Assembly: GCA_963813715.1 (NCBI GenBank)
Contig: CAWFAK010000007.1
Span: forward strand, 736,001-800,000
Direction of reading: 5' to 3'
Source of the DNA: an uncultured Planctomycetaceae bacterium
GTDB taxonomy: Bacteria > Planctomycetota > Planctomycetia > Planctomycetales > Planctomycetaceae
DNA: 64,000 bases
Numbering within the stretch: position 1 is the stretch's first letter; each line of letters starts with the position of its first letter. Shown here piece after piece: positions 54,216 through 64,000 of this stretch. The translations under genes were made by a program, and so were the position numbers. The notes beneath the pieces are model-generated. The model was not told the origin of the DNA, did no database searches, and worked only from the letters and a program-made list of their open reading frames with translations.

Positions 54216-55457
54216 TCATCGGATCACGATCGCGTCGCACCAGTCGGCCCAGTCATCGACGTCCGCCAGCTCGCCGTACTCCACGACCAGCGCGATCCGC
54301 TGCTTGCCGGACACATCGATCGGACCGACGCTCAGCGGCCGCGCGCCGCCCGTGACGAGGTCGCTTCGCCACAGTCGCGTGCCATCCGCTTCGATCGCGA
54401 AGCGCACGCTCCCTTTGCCGGCGGCAAAATCGTCGATCGCCGCCGTCGCTTGAAACAGTCGGTACTGTCCTGCCAATTCGTAAACGAGGCGACTCTGACT
54501 GCGCGTCCCCAATCCCTTGCCGCACGGCCGACCGCGGATAAGCAACGGACCGCCCGCGGCGTTCTGATCGCGGAGCGCGGCCGGCGCAATCGCCGAGCCG
54601 AAGTAGGGAGCCAGCCGGCTCTCGCTCGGCGTGAGGTCGGAAAGCCAGGTCGCCCGTCCGTCGAGAAAACGGATCCCGGCGACGTCGGCCAGCGGCAGCT
54701 CCAGCGTCGAAGCCAACACCGACGACAGGCGTAACAGGCCCCCCGGCTCGTAGCTCGCGTTCCAGCCCGTCAGCTGTGAGCCGTCCCCCAGGGTGACCAT
54801 CACCCGCGGCGAATGCGTCGGAGGCAAGCTGGTCAGCTCCGAGCTGAAGGCGATCCCACGGACGCGAGGCAGTTCGATCTGCAGCGGCTTGCCGGCCTGC
54901 GTCAGCTTGAGCGCAGCCTGATCGAAAGAAGCTAAATCGCCGGCCAGATGGTCGCCGTTGACCAACAGCACGGTGTCCGACTTTTCCCGCCGCCCGAAGA
55001 CCTGGCGGAACGCCCGCGTCTTCTCGGCCACGCTGTCGGGCACGTTCACCAGAATGCCCGCGACCGAGGCGGCCGGAATCTGCACAGGCGACAAATCGGG
55101 ATACGACTTCCACAGCGCGACGACCGACTCGTCCCCCATGCTCGACAGGCCGGCCACGATCTGATCGCCGTTGGCCAGGCGGATGAGCGAGCCCCGCGAG
55201 GGCATGACGGCGTGATGCGGAAACTCGAGCCGCACGACGTCTGCGGTGGCTAAGCGATCGGGCGCGTCGCGTCCCAGTCCCAGCTCGGCCGGTGCCAGCG
55301 AACGCACGACGGCCGCTCGATGGGAACCGTCGGCCAGGTAAACGATCGCCGACTCGGCATCCTCCGCGGCCCGCGCCACGCCCGCCAGCAGGACCACCAG
55401 CGCGCACCCAGCCGACCCCAAGCGGCTGCCGGCCCTCCCTCGCAACCAAAGCGTCAT
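54216..55457 (-). CDS. Exported protein with GD-repeat domains and C-terminal NPCBM/NEW2 domain
   Basis: LANGDQI and LVNGDHL repeats; WLSDL..KGLG..LVYELAGQY..IDD..GSVRF..DWADW. Confidence 0.8.
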   Translation of the reverse strand: MTLWLRGRAGSRLGSAGCALVVLLAGVARAAEDAESAIVYLADGSHRAAVVRSLAPAELGLGRDAPDRLATADVVRLEFPHHAVMPSRGSLIRLANGDQIVAGLSSMGDESVVALWKSYPDLSPVQIPAASVAGILVNVPDSVAEKTRAFRQVFGRREKSDTVLLVNGDHLAGDLASFDQAALKLTQAGKPLQIELPRVRGIAFSSELTSLPPTHSPRVMVTLGDGSQLTGWNASYEPGGLLRLSSVLASTLELPLADVAGIRFLDGRATWLSDLTPSESRLAPYFGSAIAPAALRDQNAAGGPLLIRGRPCGKGLGTRSQSRLVYELAGQYRLFQATAAIDDFAAGKGSVRFAIEADGTRLWRSDLVTGGARPLSVGPIDVSGKQRIALVVEYGELADVDDWADWCDAIVIR

Positions 55458-55561
55458 GGCCCTATTTTGCCAACTCGCGACCGCCGGGGGCTAGGAGCTC
55501 CGCATCTGCGGACAACTTTCGACCGCCGTGTGAGCCGGACCTGTAAGGTCTCCTTTCGCGA

Positions 55562-55861
55562 GAAAGTGTCCGGACCGGATTCAGACTTCGTCCGAACCCC
55601 AATCCGCTCCAATTGTTAACCCAGGTCCAAATCCGAATTGTGAAGATTAGACCGGACCAACCCGGAACTGTCGGGCTCTACCTCGCGACTCGGGGGCCAG
55701 GTTCGAGCAGGCCGGCTCGCCCGCCGATCCGAACCGCCGGTCTGCTCGGTTGCCTTGTTCCAACGAAAGTGTCCGGACCGGATTCAGACTTCGCCCTAAC
55801 CCGCATCCACCGCGATTGTTAACTCCGGTCTAAATCCGAATTGTGAAGGTTAGACCGGACC
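55562..55861. repeat. Two 97-bp direct repeats (period 203), structured intergenic element
   Basis: 55562-55658 versus 55765-55861, with 12 mismatches by manual alignment; a partial third copy lies at ~55941. Confidence 0.85.
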
Positions 55862-56188
55862 TGAACCGGCTCGATCGTTCCCACTTGTCGCCTGAGCCAA
55901 ACACCGGTCCGCGACTCATCGGTCTCCTAGGTCCGTGCAAGAGTGTCCGGACCGGCAACGAAATTCCTGTCCGTCGCGAAGCGCACCCGCGGCCGCATCT
56001 CGTGCCCTGGCGCAGTCCGATCTCAGCCGTGGCGACGGGGCCCAATTCCATTCTGCCACAAATGGCCAACCGGCCAAGATCGGTTTTCTACGCCGGGCTT
56101 GGCGCTCGGTACCATGCCTTCGGGCGCGCCGCACCCCAGCACTCCACCCCGAGCCTCCGACGCGATTTTAATCGCTGGAAGGACGACC

Positions 56189-57327
56189 CTAACGCTGGAA
56201 GATCGGCAAGTAGTTGTTGGGCGTCTGCAAGATGATGAGGGCCATCGCGGTGCCGTAGTCGTCGCCGTAGGAGGACGGGTCGCGCCAGCCGCCGCCGGAG
56301 TTGTGGAATGGGAATGGGCCGCGGATCAGTTCGTCGCGGATTTCGCTGTACCACTGTTCGAAGCGCGGGCCGCCGGCGTGCCACATCGCCTGGGCCGCGT
56401 AGTAGTGGCTGTAGAAATAGTGGTTCGCCGGCTGGTGCATCGCGGCCGACGGGCGGTAGCGTTCGAGATACTGCAGGCCGAGCTCGACCGCCTTCCCGTC
56501 GTAGACGCCCGCGCTGTAGAGGGTAACGACGCCGGCCGACGTCAGTCCAAAGGTCACGGCCTGCCAGCTCGTCGTCAATTGGTAGCGAAAGCCGCCATCG
56601 GGCGTCTGGCACTTGCGGACGTACTCGGTGCAACGATCGATGGTCTGCTTGGGAACGTAGAGGCCGCTGTTGCGAGCCGCGCGGAGGGCCATGATTTCGC
56701 AGACGGTGACGGAGAGGTCGGCGTCTTTGGAATCGGGCTCGTACCGCCAGCCCCCTTCCTTGTTTTGCGAATTGACGATGAGTCGCACGGCCCGCTCGAG
56801 GCTGCTGCGGACTTGCGGGTTGCGGGTCATGCCGTAGACCTCGCCCAAAAAGAGCGTGGCGAAGCCGTGGTCGTACATCGGGCCGAAGTGTCCGCCGGTG
56901 TTCCCTTCGTCATAGATGAAGCCGTTGGGCTGGCAGCGCGTCAGCAGGAAATCGACGGCCCGCTGGACGTTGGCGCCGTACTTGCCGCGGCCCGGCGTGC
57001 TGCCGGACGACAAGAACGCCATCCCGGCAAGCGCCGTAATCGCCACGCGGCGCCGCGCGCTGGCGCTCGAGCCGAAGGACCCGTCCCGCGCCGCTTGCCG
57101 CGCGGCGAGAAACGCCAGGGCGCGATCGATAGCCGCCTGCGTGTCGGGGGTGATCAGCTTTTGAGCTTCGGCCTCGATCGAACGATCGATGTGCTGGGGC
57201 GGTTGCGCCGCGCCTGGTTGGGTGCGTCGACGAGCAGGCCGAACAGCAAGAGCCCGACGAGCCCGAACCGAATGCCGCGCGGAAGACGTCTTCGACAGAG
57301 ACGACGCGACGGGCGCGTTAGTGACAG
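56189..57327 (-). CDS. Secreted prenyltransferase/squalene-cyclase-like repeat protein (second copy); frameshift ~57207, start uncertain
   Basis: QAARDGSF, MYDHGFATLFLGE, QNKEGGWRY, DADLSVT, QTPDGGFRY, YLPIFQR. Confidence 0.82.
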
Positions 57328-57332
57328 ATGCG

Positions 57333-57770
57333 TTACTGGGGGACGGCGTCGGGATACATCTGGCTGGTGGGGCCGGGACCGATCGGTTGTCCCTGCGGCG
57401 GGACCATCGGTCCACCAGGACCGGGCACAGGTCCGCCAGGGACGATGGGAGCGCCGGGGCCGTTCGTGCCGCCTCCGCCGGGCGGCACACCGAGCATGCC
57501 TTGAGCAGCCCGCGTGCGGCGAGGCTCGCTCCAGTCCTGCATGAAGCCGGGCGGGCGCGCCCCCATATCGGGGCCGATGTCCGTTTCCGGCAAAGGATCG
57601 TGAACATTGAAGGACCGCGAATCGGAGTCGCCCGGACTGGGGTAAATCGAAGGCAGCCGAGTCGTCGGCGAGCACCCGCTCCCCGCCAGAACCAGCGCGA
57701 CGGACACGACGAACAGAGGCACCGTGAACGCCCGTATGGCGAAAACACAAGTGGCGCGACGGTCGACCAT
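57333..57770 (-). CDS. Small Pro/Gly-rich lipoprotein
   Basis: AAGGA RBS and ATG 57770; lipobox-like GSGC; HDPLPETDIGP motif. Confidence 0.65.
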   Translation of the reverse strand: MVDRRATCVFAIRAFTVPLFVVSVALVLAGSGCSPTTRLPSIYPSPGDSDSRSFNVHDPLPETDIGPDMGARPPGFMQDWSEPRRTRAAQGMLGVPPGGGGTNGPGAPIVPGGPVPGPGGPMVPPQGQPIGPGPTSQMYPDAVPQ

Positions 57771-57865
57771 TTCACGATCCTTCGTAACGGCCGGCAAGTG
57801 CCTGGCAGAAAAGCGACCGCCGCAGTCGGTCTTTGGCCTCCCCCTCCGTGGGTCCCGGAATGATT

Positions 57866-60201
57866 TTACCGGGGCTCGAAAATCGAGGACAGGCCGGTTT
57901 TGCCGCCTGCAAACGCGTTCGGGCCTTCGTGTTGGGTGAGAGTCGGCGGCAGGGCCTGCTTCTTCTGCAGCGGCAGACCAGCCGCGGGCCCGAAGACGAC
58001 CAGCCGCCGCGACTGCGCGATCGCCAGGTAGTCGCCGGCCAGCACGAGGTTGCCGCCGGACTCCACGTAACGGGCGAGAAGCGGAATTCGCCGCCGCACC
58101 CGGCCCGTCGCCTGATCGACCACGTAGATGTCTTCTCGCGTCGGCCAGTAGACGATGTCGCCGGCCAAAAGGCCCCGGCCGAAGCCGAACGAAGCCGGAT
58201 CGGTGAAACCCAGTTGCCACTCGATTCGCCCCGTCGCCAGGTCGAGCCCCCACAGACTCTGGCCGCTCACGATCAATGTGCCGTCCTTCGCCCCCAGCAA
58301 CTGATTGACGCCCCCCGACAACACGCGCCGCCAGAGCGGCGTGCCGGAGCGTGAATCGATCGCGAGCAGCGTCTTCGAGTCGCCGGGTGCGGCAACCACG
58401 ATGTTCTGCGCGAAGAGGCAGGGAGAATTCTCGCGGCGTTCCGGTTCGAGCGATGAACTGTCGCGGTCGCCGCTCTCGTACGTGACGATCCAGCGTAGGG
58501 CGCCGTCCTCGGCCTCGACCGCGGCGATGGCGCCCAGCCCCGTCGCCAAAAACAGGGCGTCGTCGCCGGCCGTCAGCAGTTGATGGCTCAGCAGGCTGGC
58601 GTTCTGTGCGACGTCTTCGACTGCCGCGCAAACCGTGCGGCTCCAGAGTCGGCGGCCGCTTTCGGCCTCGAGACAGAGGACCTCGGTCTGCATCCGCGGG
58701 CGGCCCTTGCGGACGGCCAAATAGGCGCGGCCGTGCGCGACGACGGGCGAGCCCTCGAACGCCGATTGCGGATCGAGAGACGACGCGTCGATCTTCCAGG
58801 CCAGTTTGCCTTCGCCCCGCTTCAAGTCGAGACACACGATGGAGCTGTCTGACTCGTGCAGCGTGCTCCGCGGACGGACGGTCGTGGGATCGCCCATCCG
58901 CGCATAGAGGCGGCCGTCGTCGATCGTCATCGTGTAGCGGGGCGTGCCGACGAGAAATGGCGGAGGAGAGGGGGCCGAGACGTCGGGCGTGCCCGAGTAG
59001 ATGGCCGGGTTCTCGCCGCGATCGTCGGCCCAGGCCGGCTTGCCCGTGCGCACGTCCCAAGCCAGGATCTGCTCGGCCGTGTTCACAATCAAGAAATGAT
59101 TGTAGACGACCGGGTAGGTGGGGAGCGGTTCGCGATCGCTGACCAGCGCGTGCACTGGCGCATAGAGATCCGCTGGCAGCTCGGTCGACCAGCGGGCCGC
59201 GCCGACTTCGATTTCCCGCGGCAACACGCCGTTTCGTGCCGCGTTGATGCCGAACGTGCCAACGGTCGTGTCGCGCGGCGGAAACGACCAGTCCCGCGCC
59301 CGCCCGGCGATCTCGGCAAGCAGATCGGCCAGAATTCCCTCGCGGTCGCCCAGGCGCCCACGGGCCTGGCCGAAGCGATGCCGGAATCCGGCCAGTTGAA
59401 AACGCGCGAGGTGCCAGTCGCCGGCGACGATGCTCGTCATCACCAGCCGCGCGGCGATCTCGGCCGGCTCGGTCTGCGGGTCGGGATAACGCAGCACCGT
59501 GTCGGCCGGTTCGGCGAGCGCCGCGTCGGGAAGAGGCAAGAGCTGCGACCAGTAGCCGCGTGCCGCCGTGAGATTGCCCGATTCCCACGCCCACTGGCCG
59601 AGCGTCAACAGGGCCGGCTCGGCGATATGGGCGACGAACATCTTGTGGACGAGCATGCGAAGGGCCGCCTCGTCCCGCTGAGCCACGGCGTCGTCGAACG
59701 CCGTTTTCGCCGAATCGTCGAGCGTCTTCCGCGCGACGGCCAACCCTTCGGCCGGCAGCGCGGCCATCAGCATCTGCCCGTAAAGGTCGACGCTGACGTA
59801 GCGGCCGGGGCCGATCGCAATCAGCGAACCAGACGCGTTGGCCGCGACCTGCCGGATCAGTTCGATCCCCTGGCTCCAGCGTTTTTCGGCCAGATACTGC
59901 CGGGCCAGTTCGAGCTGCCGCTGGGCCGTCAGGTTCGTCTCGATGGCGACCGACTCGCGAAACCAACGCTCGGCCGCGGAGTGCGCCGGCGCGGAGGCGA
60001 CGCGCGGGGGTCGCGCGGAGCCGATGCAGGTTGCGGCACCGCTGCTCGATTTGGCGCAGCGGGAGCCGGTTGCTGTCCGAGGGCCGGCGTGGCGACGAGC
60101 GCGACAAAGTCGAGGCAGAACGACAGCAGCACCGCGACAGGGAGCACCGTCCAGAGACGGTCGCCGGCTCGACGCTTCGCCCTCGCGACGCGTGCGCTCA
60201 A
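57866..60201 (-). CDS. PQQ-like beta-propeller (BamB-like) exported protein; frameshift ~59990
   Basis: Signal peptide in the 59929-60231 frame; blades AWDVRTGKPAW, CLEAESGRRLW, AIDSRSGTPLW, GLDLATGRIEW. Confidence 0.8.
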
Positions 60202-60205
60202 CAGG

Positions 60206-60370
60206 CTAACCCTCGCGCAGGCGGTGACCAACGTAGAAGATCACGATTCCGACCACCGTCACGGCCGGCATGGCGAACAGCGGAATGCCGAAATCCAACT
60301 GCCACAAGATCAGCATCGGCAGCAGCGTTAACGCCACAATCTGCAACAGAACGCCAATTTGCCAACGCAT
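60206..60370 (-). CDS. Small two-TM membrane protein (54 aa), below the ORF-track cutoff
   Basis: MRWQIGVLLQIVALTLLPMLILWQLDFGIPLFAMPAVTVVGIVIFYVGHRLREG fills the gap within the operon. Confidence 0.65.
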   Translation of the reverse strand: MRWQIGVLLQIVALTLLPMLILWQLDFGIPLFAMPAVTVVGIVIFYVGHRLREG

Positions 60371-60407
60371 AGCAACTCGAAACAATGACGAAGCACGTTC
60401 TTAACGT

Positions 60408-61202
60408 TTACTTTTTCTCGAAGTTCGCCGCGGGAACGGAGATGGAGGCGGCGTTGCCCAGTTGGGTGGTCTTGCCCGCCTCGACGGTGACGGGGATCGA
60501 TCGTTTGTCCGCGCCAAACACATAACCGGACCGCTCGTGCCAGATCAAGAACTTGTGTTCACCGGCGGGCACGTTCTCGATTTTGAACTTCCCATCCTTG
60601 TCGGTGATGGCCGCGTAGGGATGATCGATAATCAGCCAGTTTGCCGACATCCAGGCGTGGATGTCGCAATTCACCTTGATGGGCAGTCTCTCAGGAACCG
60701 TGAACTCCCACTTTACGCTCCCCGAGCGGTCATTCGGCGACAGCACCTGGTTCTTGCCGTCCTGGCGAATCGGGTTGACGTGCGTGTTGTGGGAAATCGG
60801 GTCGTCCGAAAGAACTTCGATCGATTGGTCAGTGCGCAGGATCAGAGCGTGCGGAATGAACCGGCAGTTGTGCTGGTCGAACTTCACGACCTTGTCCTTG
60901 CTCTCTTTCAAATCGGCGGGCATGCCGGCGGGCGGCTTTTGCAGGTAGACGAAGATGTTGGCGATCCCCTTGCTCGACGGGTCGACGATCAGCGACTCGT
61001 CCGGGACGGCCTGCTTCGCGCAAACCTCGGCGTTCTTGACGTTCCCATCACCCTCTTTGACCAGCGGCGCCAACTTCGGAACTTCTCCGTCGAAAACAAA
61101 CTGTCCCGCGACGGTGCCCCCGCCGTCCGCATGCGCGCGATCGACGCACCACGGCGCGACTGACAGGGCGACGACAGCCAAACTCTTCGCAAGCATTCTC
61201 AT
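60408..61202 (-). CDS. Exported carboxypeptidase-regulatory/cupredoxin-like protein
   Basis: DQHNCRFIPH, HNTH, VNCDIHAWM, HPYAAITDKDGKF, WHE. Confidence 0.75.
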   Translation of the reverse strand: MRMLAKSLAVVALSVAPWCVDRAHADGGGTVAGQFVFDGEVPKLAPLVKEGDGNVKNAEVCAKQAVPDESLIVDPSSKGIANIFVYLQKPPAGMPADLKESKDKVVKFDQHNCRFIPHALILRTDQSIEVLSDDPISHNTHVNPIRQDGKNQVLSPNDRSGSVKWEFTVPERLPIKVNCDIHAWMSANWLIIDHPYAAITDKDGKFKIENVPAGEHKFLIWHERSGYVFGADKRSIPVTVEAGKTTQLGNAASISVPAANFEKK

Positions 61203-61282
61203 GATGTTCCTTTCGAAGTCGGACCGGCCAGCGAAACCGATCCGATCCAGGTGCAGCCAGCGTCGATCTTAGCGAGCGGCCG

Positions 61283-62314
61283 TCAAAACCCCCAGTCGTA
61301 GCGGTCGATGTTGTCCTTGGTGAACTTGAGCGGTTCGGGCGACATGATGACCGTCGTCGCTTCCCGCGGACTGAAGGTCAGGGCGGGCGAACCGTTGATC
61401 GATTGCCCCGCCTTAGGTGACTTCCCCTCGACGAGGGCCACGGCCAAGCGCACCGTGAGATCGCCCAGTTGCCGCGGGTCCCACAGGTAAAAGCTTTCGA
61501 GCACGCCGTCTTTGAGATATTGCTTCATCGGCGCGGGAGTGGTGTTGCCGCATAGGGCCACTTTGCCCGCTTTGCCGGTCCGCTTGAGCGCCTCGGCCGC
61601 GCCGGGAACGGAATTGGAATCGAAGGCGATCATCCCCTTGAGATTGGGATGCACGTTGAGCAACGTTTCGACGAGCTTGCGCGACTTGTCGACGTCCTCC
61701 TCGGTCACGACCGTGTCGACCTTCACCAGCTTGGGATATTTTTCGGTGGCCCGCGCTTCGGCATACCGCCGCCAGGTGTTGAGGTTGTCGGCATTTAGGC
61801 TGGCGATGACGACGGCCCACTCCCCTTCCTCGTGCATCTGGCGGGCGATCTCGTCCATCAAGGATTCGCCGAGCCGCTTGTCATCGATCTGATTGACCAT
61901 CAGATCGCGGCCACTGTCGGGCGCGTCGCTATCCCAGGTGAGCACTTTGATGCCGTGCGACTGCGCCTGCTGCACCAGGCGTTTGATCGCCTTGGGTTCG
62001 TTGGGAGCGATGCAGATCGCGTCGACGCCCTGACGGATCCAAGCTTCGATGAACTTGTTCTGATCGCTGGCACTGGGATCGGTCGGGCCGTCGTAGACCA
62101 GTCGCACGCCCAGTTCGCCCGCCGCCTTCTGGGCTCCCTCCTGGCACGCGCGAAAGTAGGCGATGTTCGTCAGCTTGGGCAGCATGGCGATCGTGATCTG
62201 ATCGCGAGACTTGGCGGCGCCGCCTGCCTGACCCGTGCCGGTGCTCGGCGGCTCTTGCCCACAGCCGGCTAACGCCGCGAGCACGAGAACAGCCGGGCCC
62301 CAACGAACCGGCAA
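61283..62314 (-). CDS. Sugar ABC transporter substrate-binding lipoprotein (RhaS/LsrB family)
   Basis: LAGC lipobox, AMLPK..YF, DGPT, TWDSD, LWDP. The start is uncertain. Confidence 0.85.
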   Translation of the reverse strand: MPVRWGPAVLVLAALAGCGQEPPSTGTGQAGGAAKSRDQITIAMLPKLTNIAYFRACQEGAQKAAGELGVRLVYDGPTDPSASDQNKFIEAWIRQGVDAICIAPNEPKAIKRLVQQAQSHGIKVLTWDSDAPDSGRDLMVNQIDDKRLGESLMDEIARQMHEEGEWAVVIASLNADNLNTWRRYAEARATEKYPKLVKVDTVVTEEDVDKSRKLVETLLNVHPNLKGMIAFDSNSVPGAAEALKRTGKAGKVALCGNTTPAPMKQYLKDGVLESFYLWDPRQLGDLTVRLAVALVEGKSPKAGQSINGSPALTFSPREATTVIMSPEPLKFTKDNIDRYDWGF

Positions 62315-62503
62315 ACCGCCGCCATGAGCGGTCCGGCATTTTCGAGCGAGATGAGACGTGCCACCAGTCGGGGGATCAAGCGCGCTGATCATGACCATAC
62401 CGTACAACGTGAGTACGGCTGGCGACAACGATTCGAAGTCGAGAGACGATGCGTGCCCGAGACGCAGTTCGAGCAAAAAGTAAGAAGGGCAAAACCGGCG
62501 GGC

Positions 62504-63487
62504 TTATCCGCCGCGGGCGGACCGCTCGCCGGGGCGGCGCGTGTTGAGCCAGACGCCGACGACCAGGAGCGTTCCCAACAGCACGAATCGCAGGTTGCCG
62601 AACCTGAACGGCAAATGTTGCTTGATCCAGAAATCCGATCCGCCGGCCTGCAATCCCTCGACCAGGACCGAGACGAGCAGCACGCCCAGGATCGAGCCGC
62701 CCAGCGTGCCGCGGCCGCCCGTCACTGCCGTTCCCCCTAACACCACCGCGACGATCACCTGCAGTTCGAGCCCTACGTATGACGCCTGGCTGGCCGACCC
62801 GTCGTGGGCGGTGAAGCAAATCGCCGCGAGCGCCGCCAGGATGCCGCTGAGCGTGTAGACCTCGATCAGCCGACGGCCGACCGGAATGGCCGCGTAGCGG
62901 GCGGCCACGCGGTTGCCGCCGATCATCAGGATCTCACGCCGCCAGCGCGACGCGCGAAACCAGCCGCCGCCCAAGATCAGCACGGCTCCGACCAGGGCCA
63001 GCGAACCGGGCAGTTCGCCCAGCCGCGCGTAGCCCGGAACGTCGAAGAACGGGTTGTACTTCGCCCCCTTGAGCACGGCCTCGCACAAGCCGCGATAAAG
63101 AAAGAGCGTGCCGAGCGTGGCGATGATCGGCGGCACGTCGCAGGCCGCCACCAACAGCCCGTTCGCCAACCCCAAGCCGGCTCCGAGCGCGAGGCCGATC
63201 GGCACGGCGGTCACCCAGAACTTCGGCCCCGGCTCGAACGTCGAAAGCACGCAGGCCACAAGTGCCGTCATCGACGCAACGGACAGATCGATGCCGCCGG
63301 AGATCAACACGACCGTCATCCCCAGCGACAGCAACAGGACCGGAGCCGCTTCGATCAACAGGTCGTTGGCATAGGCCTCGAACGTCGGCAGAAAATGCGA
63401 CCAGCGGACGCCGGACAACGGCGCCAAGAGCACGATCTCGATCAGCAAGAGTGTTGGCAGGATCAAACGGGGAGCGATGCGAGTCAT
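62504..63487 (-). CDS. Sugar ABC transporter permease (RbsC family)
   Basis: GMTVVLISGGIDLSV, PPIIATLGT, GGNRVAARYA, ELQVIVAVVLGGT. Confidence 0.88.
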   Translation of the reverse strand: MTRIAPRLILPTLLLIEIVLLAPLSGVRWSHFLPTFEAYANDLLIEAAPVLLLSLGMTVVLISGGIDLSVASMTALVACVLSTFEPGPKFWVTAVPIGLALGAGLGLANGLLVAACDVPPIIATLGTLFLYRGLCEAVLKGAKYNPFFDVPGYARLGELPGSLALVGAVLILGGGWFRASRWRREILMIGGNRVAARYAAIPVGRRLIEVYTLSGILAALAAICFTAHDGSASQASYVGLELQVIVAVVLGGTAVTGGRGTLGGSILGVLLVSVLVEGLQAGGSDFWIKQHLPFRFGNLRFVLLGTLLVVGVWLNTRRPGERSARGG

Positions 63488-64000
63488 CGCAGCTCCTCCA
63501 TCAACTGGCGGCGGCGGTTCAGCGCGCAGTCGATGCCGATCACCGCGAGGATGGCCGCTCCTTGCACGGCCGTCCGCCAATACTCGCCGACTCCTGCGTA
63601 GAGCATGGCCGGACCGAGCAAGTACAAAAAGAGTCCGCCGAGCGCCGTTCCCGCTGCACTCCCCTGCCCGCCAAAAATGCTCGTGCCGCCCAGTACGTTG
63701 GCGGCAATCACGTTCAGCTCGAAGCCTGTGCCCAGGCGGGCCGGTTCGATCGTGTTGTGATTGGTGACGTCGACCAGGGCCGACAGCCCCAGAAAAACTC
63801 CGCCGACGAGCAAACGCGCTGAACAGAATTCGGTCGGGGGCGAGCCCACTCAGCCGGCAAGCCGTCTCCGAGTTGCCCAGCGCAAGCCACGTGCGGGGCG
63901 TTTTACCGAAACACTCGCCCCACAAAGCGAAGACGATCGCGGCCAGCAGGATCCAGCCGGCATAAACCAGCCCAGGCTGATGGTAGGCGTCGCCCGTGAT
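63484..64000 (-). CDS. Second sugar ABC transporter permease, partial; frameshift ~63830
   Basis: ALGNSETACRLSG and GFELNVIAANVLGGTSIFGGQG; runs off the window edge. Confidence 0.8.

Noticed and set aside
55562..55960. CRISPR array
   Set aside because: Only two full units of 97 bp with a spacer of about 106 bp, and no cas genes.
57333..60107. 924-aa Arg-rich ORF
   Set aside because: An off-frame overlay of the PQQ-propeller gene; only the last 145 codons (57333-57770) look like a real lipoprotein.
61283..62314. LsrB autoinducer-2 receptor (quorum sensing)
   Set aside because: From recalled LsrB motifs, the AI-2-binding DQ and PxA positions appear replaced (NADNLNTW, AFDSNS), which fits a RhaS-like sugar-binding protein better. 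An alignment is needed to confirm.

Overview
GC-rich bacterial chromosome segment, almost certainly Planctomycetota. The signature families are two PSD1/cytochrome-c (DUF1549/DUF1553) + DUF1501 pairs, two DUF1559 prepilin-like proteins, two DUF1080 proteins and secreted prenyltransferase-fold proteins. About 50 CDS are present: housekeeping genes (argH, truA, folB, folK, a pteridine reductase, trpG/pabA, moeA, lnt, alkA, ppgK-like, a sugar ABC transporter) among many exported proteins of unknown function. About 22 single-base frameshifts, several in housekeeping genes and homopolymers, point to long-read assembly errors rather than pseudogenes. I found no rRNA, tRNA, CRISPR array, transposase or reverse transcriptase. 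The most interesting signals are: (i) two loci pairing a secreted squalene-cyclase-like barrel with a 'GD'-repeat protein that carries a different C-terminal head in each case; (ii) AGGA-loop hairpins (CsrA-site-like) in the leaders of three envelope lipoprotein genes; (iii) a DUF1559 pilin-like protein with 27 cysteines; (iv) an orphan coiled-coil PD-(D/E)xK nuclease; (v) a pentaheme cytochrome coupled to a TAT-exported DUF362 protein; (vi) two REP-like repeat families, one overlapping a prepilin leader. All family assignments come from motif recognition by eye, without database searches.
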